64,000 bases of DNA from the human T2T-CHM13v2.0 reference genome, Homo sapiens. The translations under genes and the position numbers were made by a program. A model generated the notes under the pieces. It had not been told where the DNA came from. It saw nothing but the letters and a program-made list of their open reading frames with translations, and made no database searches. Below are positions 43,904 through 58,225 of the stretch, piece after piece. The DNA lies in assembly GCF_009914755.1 (NCBI RefSeq), contig NC_060937.1, one strand, 5' to 3'. The stretch's first letter is position 1, and the number at the start of each line of letters is the position of its first letter.

Positions 43904-45726
43904 AGGAAGTGGCTAAATTTCCTAAGCGTTAATGCACATTTGAAAAAGTGCATATTTTCTAATTATTAGTTGAAAGGTTTTATATACTTTCATTAGGTCA
44001 ATCAAAGCACATTAGTTTTGCTGTTCAAATTTTTTTGGTCTCTTCATAAATTAATTACTTAAAGAGATAATTAATTCAATAGATGTGTTAACATCTCCCA
44101 CTACATGTATTTATAGCTCTTTTTAAGTCTCTCAATTTTCACTTTCTGTATTTAAAGCTATGTTATTGGGTTACAAGTTGAGAATTATTATAACTTTTTC
44201 TGAATTATACTTTTACAAATTATTAATGACCTTCATACATAATATTACTTTTTAGTGTCTATTTCATATATTTCTTTTTTAAAATATCTGTCATATTTTA
44301 TTTTATAACATAAAAGTAATTGACTTTTACTATTTAAAAAGTATTTTAGTAAAAAATTATTTTTATCTTAGAAATGCCTTTGAGCAAAATAAAAATTATA
44401 TTCCAACACTCAGAAATTAGACTTTAATGTATATTATTCCATATCTTTTTCTATTCATACATATAATAAATATATACACATTTATAAAATGTACATATAC
44501 TACATGTAATTTATACATATGTTATATATGTATTATGTATAATTTTTTAAACAAAATGAGATTATACCATATGTAGCATTTTGCACCTGCCTTTTTTCAT
44601 TTGAGAACCTTACCAGGAAGAAACTTGAATATAATCAAAAAAAGATAAGACATTTCAGGAGATTAGTAGCCCAGTGAGACAGCATATGATAATGCCGCAT
44701 CAGTGGTATAGAAAATAAGCTTCATTTCTTTGCCCTATAGACCTGATTGAAAGTTTCAGTTTCAGCAAACTACCTATGGCATAGGTTAAAATGGGAAGGC
44801 TTCAGGGTAAAGGAAGGAAGTGTAAACTGAGGAAGGGTCTGCACCTGTAAGGAAGGAAGACATGTAGGAAGACAAGCTATATGAAGGGAGCACAGTGTAG
44901 AAAATGATGACCAAAAACAATCTGGGCTGAGGTTGTAAAACCATAAACACATAAATTTTGTTAGATTGGAAGGCTTCTGTAAAGGAAGAGTTATAAAGCG
45001 ACACATTATATTGGGACCACATTTGAGAGCTCCAAATTAATAACAAAAGAGCTCATACCTGATCCTTCAGGCACATGGTTTGGAAAAAGAAACAAAATAA
45101 TAAAAGTGTAAGTTTTATTGTTTACATCTTAAAATGTTGGAGATGTTTAGCTAAAAGCATAATAGTTTTAGGTTCCCTGTGTATCCTTCCTCCCCTATCC
45201 CACACCCCTCCAGATTTAACAATTTTGCAATTGTAACAAGTGTAATCCTCCTTCTGTTGAATTCCATTAGCATTTCAGGGGATACTTTCTTTATTTCAAA
45301 TTCATCATCAGTTGGTGATCTTCACACTTAGACTCCATTCTTTGCCCTGTAGATTTGATGCCTGGAAATTAACTGTCTAGAAAGCACAGAGGTGCTAATG
45401 GCAGTTTATTATGGGAAAACTCTAAATTCTGTGAAGTGAAAACTGCTTTAAAGGAGTGAATATTCTTTCTCTTATATTCCTTTTTGTGAGTCCAATTGTT
45501 GTATATCAGACACTTTAAAGTAAGTAATACCAGAAGGAAAGTTAAAAGCAGTCCACACTTCATTCAAACACAGATTGTGATTTGCACAAGATTTACAGAT
45601 GAATTAACTTGTCTTAAATGACTCACTATTCCACTCCCACCAGTGCTCAATTATTTTTTGGTATAATAAATACAGCCCACAATAGAGGATTCAGAAGCAC
45701 AAATCCACCCTGAGCAGTTGCTGACT

Positions 45727-45785
45727 TAAATAAAATAAAATAAAATAAAATAAAATAAAATAAAATAAAATAAAATAAAATAAAA
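45727..45785. repeat. (TAAAA)n pentanucleotide microsatellite
   Basis: About 11 perfect TAAAA units. Confidence 0.95.
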
Positions 45786-46059
45786 CAGTGACATCCGCAG
45801 AATGAAGAAAAATTATTTTTAGATGATTCCATTGTTGTAGAAGAAAGCACTACAGGATGACAGACAGCTATTTAGAAACCTATTTAATGCCTTTCTAAGA
45901 TATCCTGAGATGGCAGAGTAAGCTCAAATTATTTTGTGAAGATTCACAAAGATTTATGGAAGTGGCTGATAGCACCAGCAGTAGGCAAGGTGATAACCAC
46001 AGAGTTGGGGGTCTCTGTTCCCACTGACACCATGGCAGTTCATACCCTGGAAAAGGGCT

Positions 46060-46320
46060 CATCAGAGCTCATGTGTACTGGACACTTATCCCATGCCAGG
46101 CTCCATAGTATAGAGTTTGTGAACCTATCTTTTTTTAATCCTTACCAGAACCCTATTAAGCCAGACCTTGTGATCACTTTAAGAGGAAGCTGAAGCAGAG
46201 AAGAAGTTAAGAGGCCTCAAGATAACCCAGAAAGCAACGGAGCTAGAAGTTGGACCAGTTATTTTAGTTACCAAAGTACATGACCTTAACCTCTCTCCCA
46301 CTGTAAAGCAAAACTCTGTT
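46060..46320 (-). mobile_element. MIR fragment
   Basis: gaggaagctgaagcagagaagaagttaag...caagataacccag, reverse MIR core. Confidence 0.5.
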
Positions 46321-46322
46321 AC

Positions 46323-46988
46323 TGTTGCAGTCTTGCCAATGCACCACAATGTTTCAGTCTTGTTGTCTGAGGTGGTACCTGGAGTTCTTGGTCTCACCAC
46401 CAAGAAAATTAAGGAGCGTGGACACAAGGTTGAGGTTGGAGCAAAAGTTTAATCAGAAAAAGAAAGCTCTTCACAGCAGAGAGGGCTGCCAACTACAAGG
46501 CTGAGTCTGGGGTTTTATGGGCTAGAAGGGGAGGAATGTGCTGACTGGTTTGTAGGCCATCTTGGAGAAACCATCACTTAGAGAAAGGTATGATAGTGTA
46601 AAGATCCAATTGGAGGTAGAGGTGAAGGCTTGGTTTGGGACCTTGGCCCACGCCATCAGGGCTAAAGTGATGATTCACCCTATGTAAATGAAGACTTAGC
46701 CCATGGCTAATTACAGAAAGGTAGGCATATGTAAAATAGGTGAAAAGTCAGAGACCAGTAGGTGAAAAGTAAGAGACTAAGGCAACCCAAGGAGAGAAAA
46801 ATGTGTCCAAAAAAGGAGTGGAATTTGTTCATACGGGTTCACAGAGAAGTATTTCCCTCCAAGGACATGGGCTGTTTCTTATCTGAGGCCTGCAGTTTGA
46901 TTTTCAGGGTGTTCTTTGTATAAAAGAGTTTTACCAAGGACCCACCCTAACTGCCTGCATGGCCAGTTTCTTACTTTGTCCTCTCTCA
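46323..46988 (-). mobile_element. ERV1-class solo LTR (family uncertain, MER83/LTR29-like)
   Basis: TG...CA termini; minus strand starts tgagagaggacaaagtaagaaac...gcagttagggtgggtcc; ATTAAA signal on the minus strand. Confidence 0.7.
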
Positions 46989-48670
46989 CTATTTCCTGAT
47001 ATATTATATGCATTCACTTACTTAGATTATCTCTCTTTTACCTCAAAAACTAAATGTATCATACCAAGATAGCAGTTTTGTTTCAAATAACTTGCTCGTA
47101 GTATTAACTAAAAAAAATCATTCTGCAAGAAATCTTTCCAGGCAGTGAGGCTGTCAAAGAACTCTATTTTCACTCAAGCCAAACATGAGTCTAAGTTTTG
47201 GTCAGCATCCAAATTGCTGACACTTCAATCTAGAAACATCTGTTCCAGCTGCTAATGAAGCTATTTAATAGTGATACATGAATTAAAAGTGAAATAGATT
47301 TTTTAAAAGTGCTGTGACATACTTTCAGTAAGATATTCAATTAATTTCTTATTTAATTGAAAAACTACGATACATTTCCCAATCAAAATACAGCAAATTA
47401 ATTCAACTTTATTTTCTTGTCAAATGATCTTTGCATTTATTTCACATTTTTCTGTTTTATGCATCTGTTAGTCCTGCGTTACACATATATCTAAAATCAA
47501 GGAGCATATCTTAACCTTTTTTCAAAACTCATCCATGACTTCCTAGTTAATCTTTTATTTCCCCTAAACTCAAAAACCACTATGCTTATTTCTTTTTCTT
47601 TTAAGTGTTGAGAAGCTGTCACTTGCCTAGGGGCAAATATCTTCTTATAGTTACTATTTAATGACCCTAAAATAAGATTTGTTAAAAGTTATCACGATTG
47701 ACGTTTTTCAATTGGACATAAATAAAATTATTCTTTAAAGTGACAAAACTTCTCTAAAATCAGAGGATCCACCACAATATTTTCCATAGCAGCTGTGTCA
47801 CTTTTCATTTCCACCAACAGTGCACCAAGTTTCTATTCTCTCCACATCCCCACCAACACTCTTTTTTTATAATAGCTATCCTAACGGGTGTGAGGTAATA
47901 TCTCATTGTGGTTTTAGTTTTTATTTGCATATCCATAATGATCAGTGACATTGAGCATCTTCCCATATGTTTGTTGGCTATTTGTATATGATCTTTGGAG
48001 TAATGTCTATTCAAGTCTTTTGCACATTTTTAAATAGGGTTATTTGGTTTTGCTATTCATTGTAGAGGGGTTTTACATATATACATACATTCTGGATATT
48101 AATCCCTTATTAGATATATGACTCCAAATATTTTCTCCCATTCCATAGGTGTCCTTTTCACTCTGTTGACTGTGATCTTTGACGATCACAAGTTTTTTAA
48201 GTTTGAAGTAATATAATTTGCCTATTTTTACTTTTGTTGGTAATGCTTTTGGTGTCATATCCACGACATCCTTGCCAAATCCAACGTCATTAAGACTTTT
48301 CCTGTGTTTTCTTCTAACAGTTTTGTAGTTTCAGGTCTTATGCTTAGGCTTTTGATTGATTTTGAATTAATTTTTATATACAATCTAAGTAAGGGTCTAA
48401 CGTCATTCTTTTACATGTTGTCAACCAGTTTTCCCAATATCATTTGTTGAAAAAAAAATTGCCATTATATGGTCTTGACACCCCTGTCAAAAAACATTTG
48501 ACCGTATATGCAAGGGTATATTTTGGAGATTTTATAGTATGCCATTGATCTATATGTCTGTCTTTATGCCAGTTCCACATTGTTTTGACTGTTGTAGCAT
48601 TGTAATAAGCTCTGAAATCAAGGAGTATAAGATTTACAACATGGTACTTTTTTTTAAGAATGCTTTGGCT

Positions 48671-49070
<400 letters not shown>

Positions 49071-50314
49071 TCACTGAGATAGTATTGATATTTTAACAAT
49101 ATTAACTCTTCCAATCCATGACTATAGAATGTCTTTCCATTTATTTGTGTGTTCCTTAATTTTTTTAGCAATGTTTCTTAGTTTTCAGTGTAAGTTTTTC
49201 TGCTGCCTTGGTTAAGTTTATTCCTAATAAACTTAATTTTACATTTTATGTTTTGTATTTTTGATGCTACTGTAGATTGAATGGTTTCCTTAATTTCTTT
49301 TTTCAATGGTTCTTGTTAGGGTATATAAATGCATCTGTTTTTTGAGTGTTGATTTTGTATCCTACAAATGTGCTGAATTCATTTATTTGTTCTAACAATT
49401 TGGGTTTCTTTTAGTGAAATCCCTAGGTTTTCTACATATAAGATCTTGTCGTCTATGAATTATCTTAGAGATAATTTTACTTCCTCCTTTCAAATGTAGA
49501 TGCTTTTTTTTTCTTTGCCTAATTACTCTGGCTAGGACTTCAAGTACCAAGTTTAATAGAAGTGATAAAAGCATTCTTGTTGTGTTCGTGATCTTAGAAG
49601 AAAAACTTTTAGGTTTTCATCATTGAATATAACGTTAGCTGTGAGCTTTCATACATGATCTTCATTATATTGAGGAGGTTTCATCCTACTCCTAGTTTAT
49701 TAAGTGTTTTATTATGAAATGGTGTAGAATTGTGTCAAATGCTTTTTCTGCATCAATTAAGATGATCAATTGACTGTTTTTCTTATATTGAATCATTCTT
49801 GAATTCCCAGAATAAATCCCACCTAATCACAGCGTACCATCTTTTTAATGTGCTGTTGAATTCAACTAGTTTGCCAATACTTTGTTGAAGTATTTTGCAT
49901 CAAAAATACTTTTCTTATAGTGTCTTTGTCTGGTTTTGATATCAGTGTAATGCTGGCCTCACTGAATGAGTTTGGAAGTTTTCCCTCCTCTTAAATTATT
50001 TAGGAAGAATTTAAAATTGGTGTTCTTTTCTAAATGTTTGGTAGAATTCACCACTAAAGCCATCTGGTCCTGAACTTTTCTTTGTTGGAAGTTTTGATTA
50101 CCGATTCAATCCACTTACCAAGTATAGGTCTGTTCAGATTTTTTATTTCTTTATGATTGTCTTGATGGAGTGTGTTTTTAGGTACTTGTCTGTTTTATCT
50201 AGGTCATCAAATTTGTTGGCATACAATTGTTCATAGTATTCTCTTATAATCCTTTTTATTTCTGTAAAATTTATTGTGTTCTCCTCTCTTCTATTTTTGA
50301 TTTTATTTATTTGA

Positions 50315-50604
<290 letters not shown>

Positions 50605-50877
50605 AAATCTTCTCTTATTTCTTAATCTAACAAAAAGTTTGTCAATTTTGTTGATTCTTTTTAAGAACTGACTTGGTTGTATTAATTTTCTCTACTGTTT
50701 TTCTATTCTCAATTTCATTTATCTCTAATTTTTATTATTTCCGTCCTATTCTAGCTTTGGGTTTCATTTTTTTCTTCTTTTTAAATTCTTTAATAAATAA
50801 AGTTAGGCTGTTGTTTTGAGATCATCCTTCTCTTTTAATGTAAGCATTTAAAGCTATAAATTTAAAGGAAATTTATA

Positions 50878-50996
50878 GGCGGGATTATTACTTGAGCCAA
50901 AGGGCTCGAGGCTATAGTATGCTTCAGCCACACCTGTGAATAGCCACTACTGAAGTCTAGCCTGGGCAAGATAGTGAGACCCTGTCTCTGAAAAAC
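50878..50996 (+). mobile_element. FAM (fossil Alu monomer), 5'-truncated
   Basis: Retains the 7SL-derived cctgtgaatagccact segment followed by agcctgggcaagatagtgagaccctgtctc and an A-tail. Confidence 0.75.
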
Positions 50997-51009
50997 ATTT
51001 TAAAAAATC

Positions 51010-51225
51010 AAAAATAAATGTTTATAAAGATACAATACAAAAAAACAATTAACAAAATAGCAGTAATAAGTCCTTCCCTAGCAGTAATTACTTTATAGAT
51101 GGATTAAACTCCCTAATCAAAAGACATAATTTGGCTAAATGGATTTTTAAAAATTCAAGGATATGCTGTCTACAGGAGATGCACTTTAGAAACAATAACA
51201 CGCATAAGCTGAAAGTGAGAATTTA
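51010..51225 (+). mobile_element. L1 ORF2 endonuclease N-terminal fragment
   Basis: gtaattacttta...atggattaaactccctaatcaaaagaca...tgctgtctacaggagatgcacttt (NGLNS.IKR / CCLQE). Confidence 0.75.
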
Positions 51226-51273
51226 AAAAATCCTAAACTTCTAGTTTTCTAAAAAAAAAAAAAAAAAAAAAAA

Positions 51274-51560
51274 TTGAAAGATGGGGTCTCAATTTGTTGC
51301 CTAGGCTGGAGTGCAATAGCATGATCGTAGCTCACTGGTGCCTTAAATTCCTGGGCTCATGGGATCCTCTTGCCTCAACCTCCTGAGTAGCAGGGACTAT
51401 AGGCATGCACTGCCATTCCCAGCTAGTTTTTAAATTTTTTTATGGAAATGGTATCTCATCATTTTGCCCAGGTTGGTCTGAAACTCCGGGACTCAAGTGA
51501 TCCTTCCTCTTTGGCCTCCCATAGTGCTACGATTACAGGCATGAGCCACCTCTCCCAGCC
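51274..51560 (-). mobile_element. Alu (AluJo-like)
   Basis: Reverse, diverged dimer (gatcgtagctcact, cctgggctca); TSD tctagtttt. Confidence 0.9.
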
Positions 51561-52211
51561 TCCTCTAGTTTTAAGAGATGCTAATGCCTCTAAAGATTAT
51601 TTGACAACATCATTGTGAAGAAACTAGTAATGTAATTCAAATTAAAATACAAGATGTAATATTCCAAACGAACACTCTAAAGATAGATGATGAGATAAAT
51701 AAGATAAGATGCTGAACCAACAAAAATATAGACTTCAATAAGTAAATGAAGATTCTTCAGATTTATTTCAAACGACAATTCCTATAGCAGATACTTATCA
51801 TGTATTTATTGGATAAATACTTATATTTATGTATGACTCTGTATTTTTCCCATGTATATTATCTTTATTTTTCAAGCATTTTAACCGTGTTTTTACATCT
51901 TTTCTCTCATTTTATCTTCCTCTCAGCCCTATGAAGAATCAGGATATTTATTATCATCACCAATTAGCCCAGGAAACATTTACGTATCAGTTGATTATGT
52001 TCAACTACTCATATGTCTAGAAATTCATCTGACAAATATTTAATCTGGCATCCTTTATTGCTCTCTTATTATTGAATGGAACTGAATCTTATTTATTGTA
52101 GCTTTATGGTGAGATTCAAATTTATTTGTCATACGTAGTCCTTATACTCATCTGTATAGTTATCACTAATTAGCAATAATAAGTCTATAAGATTAAACCA
52201 TCCAAGAGATA

Positions 52212-52632
52212 CAGTTGACCCTTGAATCTTGAACAGTGCAGAGGTTAGTGGCATTAACTCCCCACACAATAAAAAATATCCGTGTAAAACTTTTGATTCC
52301 CCCAAAACTTAACATTACTGATAATGTAAACAGTCAATGAACACATATTTTTATGTTATATGTATTATATACTATATTGCTACAATAAAGTAAGCTGGAG
52401 AAAAGAAAATGAATTAAGAAAATCATAAGGAGGAGAAAATATATTCACTATTCATTAAGTCAAAGTGAATCATCATAAAGGCCATCATGCTTGTTGTCTG
52501 CACTGAGTAGGCTGAGGAGGAGCAGAAAGAGGAGGAGTTGAAGTTGCTGTCTCAGGTGTGGAAGAACTGGAAGAAAATTTGCATATATGTGGACCCAGGC
52601 ACTTCAAATCCATGCTATGCATGAGTCAACTG
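52212..52632. mobile_element. Tigger2a/MER28-like Tc1-mariner (pogo) non-autonomous element
   Basis: TIRs cagttgac...gtcaactg with TA target duplication on both sides. Confidence 0.88.
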
Positions 52633-52936
52633 TATTTCTATAGCCTGGTACCACAATAGGCATGCAGAAAGCAGTGGTAACAAGATAAACATTGGCCTCA
52701 CCTAATATGAACTTTCAGTATAGCGAAGAACACAATTCTCAAACTACACACACATATATATATAGTGAAAAAGTATTACAAGTGTTGTGTGAACCTGTAA
52801 CACATCAATTCTAGATTTCATAAAGGAACTGACAGCAAATAATTTTTAGCTGAAACTGGTCAGGTGAATAGAAGCTAGCCAAGGGAAGAGTAAAAAGAAG
52901 GACGGCAGGTTGCGGAGCATTCTAGGAAAAGGGAGG

Positions 52937-53333
52937 TGTATATTAGGCAGTTCTTTCATTGCTATAAAGAAATACCTGCGACTGGGTAATTTATAAAGAA
53001 AAGAAGAGGTTTACTTGGCTCATGGTTCTTCAGCCTGTACCAGAAGGATAGCACTAGCATCTAAGGGAGGCCTCAGGAAGCTTACAATCATGCAGGAAGA
53101 TAAAGGGTGAACAGGTGGGAACTGGAGCAAGAGAGAGTGGGAGGTGCCACACACTTTTAAGCAACTAGACCTAGATCTCACATGAGCTCACTCAACACCA
53201 AGAGGATGGTGTGAGGCCATTCATGAGAGATCCACTCCAATGATCCAAACAGCTCCCACCAAGCCCCACGTGCAACAGTGAGTATTACATTTCAATATGA
53301 GGCTTGGCAGGGACACAGATCCAAATCATACCA
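52937..53333 (-). mobile_element. MaLR solo LTR (MSTA/B) inside an L2-like remnant
   Basis: ttgctataaagaaatacctgcgactgggtaatttataaagaaaag...acagatccaaatcatacca. Confidence 0.88.
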
Positions 53334-53794
53334 AGAGGGAAAAGTTTGGAATAACTAAACATACAGCGTAGCCAGAAGAATAGGTTGAGGAGAAGAGTGC
53401 ATTCAGAAAGGCTGGAGAGGAGGCAGAGGCAGCTCCCAAGAAGGGCTTGTGAAGCATGTTAAGAAACACGGATTTCAAAGGAAATGGAAAGCCTTTGAAA
53501 GGCAACAGTGAAATCATAGGATCGGGTTTTCATTTTCATGAGCATTTCGGCTCACTGTGGCTGATCAATGGAAAAGAAAGTCAAGAAGACCAGTGCTTAA
53601 GCATGTGTATTTTTAAAGTGGTACGACTTTAGCTTCCAGTTGCTCGACTCCTTCATTTGTTATTCTCATGAAGTTTACCAGGTCACTTGAACCTTGTTAA
53701 GTCCCAGTTTTCTCAGCTACAAATTATGGATGACTGTAATGTTTACCTCAGAAGACATTTCCAAGATCACACGAATTAATACAAAGAACTTACT

Positions 53795-54102
<308 letters not shown>

Positions 54103-54153
54103 TTAAGGCAGGAATCAAAAAATTATTTGAAACAAATGAAAATAGAGACAAAA

Positions 54154-54565
54154 TGATATGGTTTCGAATGTGTGTCCCCTTAAGATCTCATGGTGAAATG
54201 TAATCCCCAGTGTTGGAAATGGGGCTTAGTGGGAGGTGTTGATCATAGGGGTGGGTTCCTCATGATTGGCTTGGCACCATCCCTTTGGTGATGAGTGAGT
54301 TCTCATTCAGTTAGTTCATGCATGAGCTGGTTGTGTAAAGGAGCCAGAAACCTCTCCCTTCTCTTGCTCCTGTTCTCACTATGTGAGTCCTTGGCTCCCT
54401 TTCACCTTCCATCAGGACTGAAAGCTTCCTGAGGCCCTCACCAGAAGCAGATGCCAGCACTATTCTTTGTGTACAGCCTGTGGAACCATGAGCCTAACAA
54501 ACTTTTTTCGTTATAAATCACTCAATCTCAGGTATTCCCTTATAGAAATACCAAATGGACTAACA
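54154..54565 (+). mobile_element. MaLR solo LTR (MSTB-like)
   Basis: tgatatggtttcgaatgtgtgtcccct...ccagaagcagatgccagcac...ggactaaca. Confidence 0.88.
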
Positions 54566-55199
54566 GATACAACATACCAAAACCTCTGAGATGTAGCAAA
54601 AGCAGTGTTAAGAGGAAAATTTACAATGCTAAATGCCCACATGAATAAGATAGATAGATCTCAAATTAACAACCTAAACTTGCACCTAAAGGAACTAAAA
54701 AGAAAAGAAATAACTAAAATCAGCAGAATTAAGTGAAATTGTGACCTACAAAACCATACAAAGGATCAACAACATGAAAAGTTGGTTATTTGCAAGGATA
54801 AACAAGATTGATAGATCACTAGCTAGATTAACAAAGAAAAAAGAGAGAAGGAACAAATAAGCACAATGGGAAATTTAAAAGATGACATCACAACTGATCC
54901 CACAGAGATACAAAAATTCCCAGAGATTGCTGTAAGTATATACCTACATACAAACTAGAAATTCTAGAGAAAAAGGTTAAATTCCTGGAAACACACAACC
55001 TACTAAGACTGAAAAAGGAAAAAACAGAAATCCTGAACAGACTGATAGTGAGTAATGAAATTGAATCAGTACTAAAAAGTCTACCATCCACAAAAAGCCC
55101 TAGACTAGATACAGCTGAATTCTACCAGATGTACAAAGAAGGGCTACTACCAATCCTACTGAAACTATTCAAAAAAATTGAGGTGTGACTCCTCCCTAA

Positions 55200-55515
<316 letters not shown>

Positions 55516-55671
55516 TACTCCTCCCTAACTCTGAATGAAACCAGTATCATCCTGATACCAAAATATGACAAGGACATAACAAAAAAGAAAAGTACAAGTC
55601 TACATTCCTGATGATAGATGCAAAAATCCTCAATAAATTACTAGCGAACCAAATCCAGCAACATATCAAAA

Positions 55672-56037
<366 letters not shown>

Positions 56038-57594
56038 TAGAAATCAATAAATGTGATTCACCACAGAAACACAATTAAAAACAAAAACCATAGGATGATC
56101 TCAATAGATGCAGGAAAAGTATTTGATAAAATCTAACGTCCCTTTATGATAAAAAACCCTCAAGAAACTAGGCATTGAAGAAACACCTCAGAATAATAAG
56201 AGCCATCTATGACAAACCCACAGCCAACATCATATTGAACAGGCAAAAGTAAGAAGCATTTTCCCCAAGAACTGCAATATGAAAAAGATGTCTACTCTTA
56301 ACATTCCCATTCAAGTTAGTATTGGAAGTCCTAGCAAGAGTAATCAAGCAAGACAAAAAAAAGGCATCCGATTAGAAAAATGGGAAGCCAAATTATCTCT
56401 CTTTGCTGATATGATTCTATACATAGGAAACCCTAAAGATTTTGCCAAAAGACTCCTATTACCTGATAAACGACTTCAGCAAAATCTCAGGATAGAAAAA
56501 TCAATAACATTTCTACACACCAATAATGTCCAAGCTGAGTACCAAATGAAGAATGTGATCCCCTTTAAAATGCCCACCAAAAAAATAATAAAATACTTAA
56601 GCATACATCTAACCAAGGAAGTAAAAGATCTCTATAAGAAGATCCATAAAATGCTGTTGAAAGAAATCATAGATGACACCATCAAATGGAAAAGCATTCC
56701 ATGCTCATGGATTGGAAGAATCAATATTGTTAAGATGACTTTACTTTCCACAACAATCTACACATTCAACATTGTTTCTATCAAATTGCCAACATCATTT
56801 TTCACAGAATTAGAAACATATTTTCTAAAATTAATATGGAACCAGAAAAGAGCCCAAATAGCCAAGGCACTCCTAAGCAAAAAGAATAAAGCAGGAGGCA
56901 TCATATTATCTAAGTTCAAACTATTCTACAAGGCTACTGTAACCAAAATAGCAGAGCACTAGTACAAAAATAGATACATAGATGAATGGAACAGAATAGA
57001 GACCCATGAAATAAAGCCACACACCTACAACCAATTATATTCAACAAAGTCAACAAAAATAAGCAATGGAAGAAAAAATACTCTGTCCAAAAAATGGTGC
57101 TTGTAAAACTGGCTAAGTATAAGCAAAAGAATGAAACTGGACCCTTACCTCTCACACTATACAAAAAATAAGATGGATTAAAGACTTAAATTTGAGAGTT
57201 CAAACTATAAAAATCCTAAAAGAACACCTAGGAAATACTTCTAGACACTGGCCTAGACACATAATTTACAACTAAGTTCTCAAAAGCAAATGCAACACCA
57301 ACAAAAATTGACAAGTGGGATCTAATTAAAGAGATTCTACGCAACAAAAGAAACTATCAACAGAGTAAACAATATACAGAAAGAGGTTGGAATATTTGCA
57401 AACTATGCATCCAACAAATGACTAATATCCAGAATCTATACAGAACTTAAGTTAAAAAAAAAAACTCAAATAACAAAGAAATTGTTCTACCAAAAAGACA
57501 CCCATACTCTTATGTTCATTGCAGCACGATTTATAAGAGCAAAGACACGGAATCAATGCGGGTGCCCGTCAATGGTGGATTTTTTAAGTCAATA

Positions 57595-58225
57595 TGTGGC
57601 AGGCCAGGACTCACTAACAACTGTTTCAGTACTGACTGAGTGACTAAGTTAAATATTAAAAGCCAGCGCCCTTACACAAAGGCTGGGATGTAACAAAAGC
57701 CCATCGAAAGTTTTGCCTAGGCCTTTCCTGGGCCTCAAAGCATGACAAAATAACAAGGAATTCTTAACAGGGCACATTTAGGATTCAATAAGTTTTATTG
57801 TGGGTCTGAAGAAACTCCCCAGGCCTCCACAAACAAGTTTATTGGGTGTCCAAAGGAACTCCTCAAACCTCTGTGATTTCGCAGGAGACAAGATAAGGGT
57901 AATCACTCAAGCACCTGGAGCCATTTAGATTAAGTAAATTTACTGAAGCTCTAGAGGAAGGTCTTCAGAACTCAGATCTTAGTTATAGATCAAAAGAGGT
58001 TAATCACATGTCTTTAGATGAATGCACACTTACACATAGACATTTAGCTTAGAAGGTATATAAACTCTGGAAAACTTTGTAATTTCGAGTGGGTCTGGCG
58101 ATAATTTCCAGGCCTTCTCCCTGTAACTGATTACAGAAATAAAAACTCTCTTCCTCCCCAGTTCATCTGCATCTCATTATTGGGCCGAGAAATAGCAGCC
58201 CGACCCTCAGTTTGGCCCAGGAACA
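57595..58225 (+). mobile_element. Solo LTR (ERVL LTR66/LTR18-like)
   Basis: tgtggcaggccagg...ggaaca termini; TATATAA box near 58058 and AATAAA near 58138. Family from memory. Confidence 0.75.

Noticed and set aside
45801-45860. Possible terminal exon (cag|NEEKLFLDDSIVVEESTTG*)
   Set aside because: Preceded by an A-rich repeat rather than a polypyrimidine tract; no partner exons or recognisable homology.
50878-50996. 7SL RNA gene
   Set aside because: Short, diverged, lacks the S domain; fits a FAM monomer.
56279-56962. 227-aa ORF, the longest in the window
   Set aside because: Degenerate L1 ORF2 segment with a broken RT motif.
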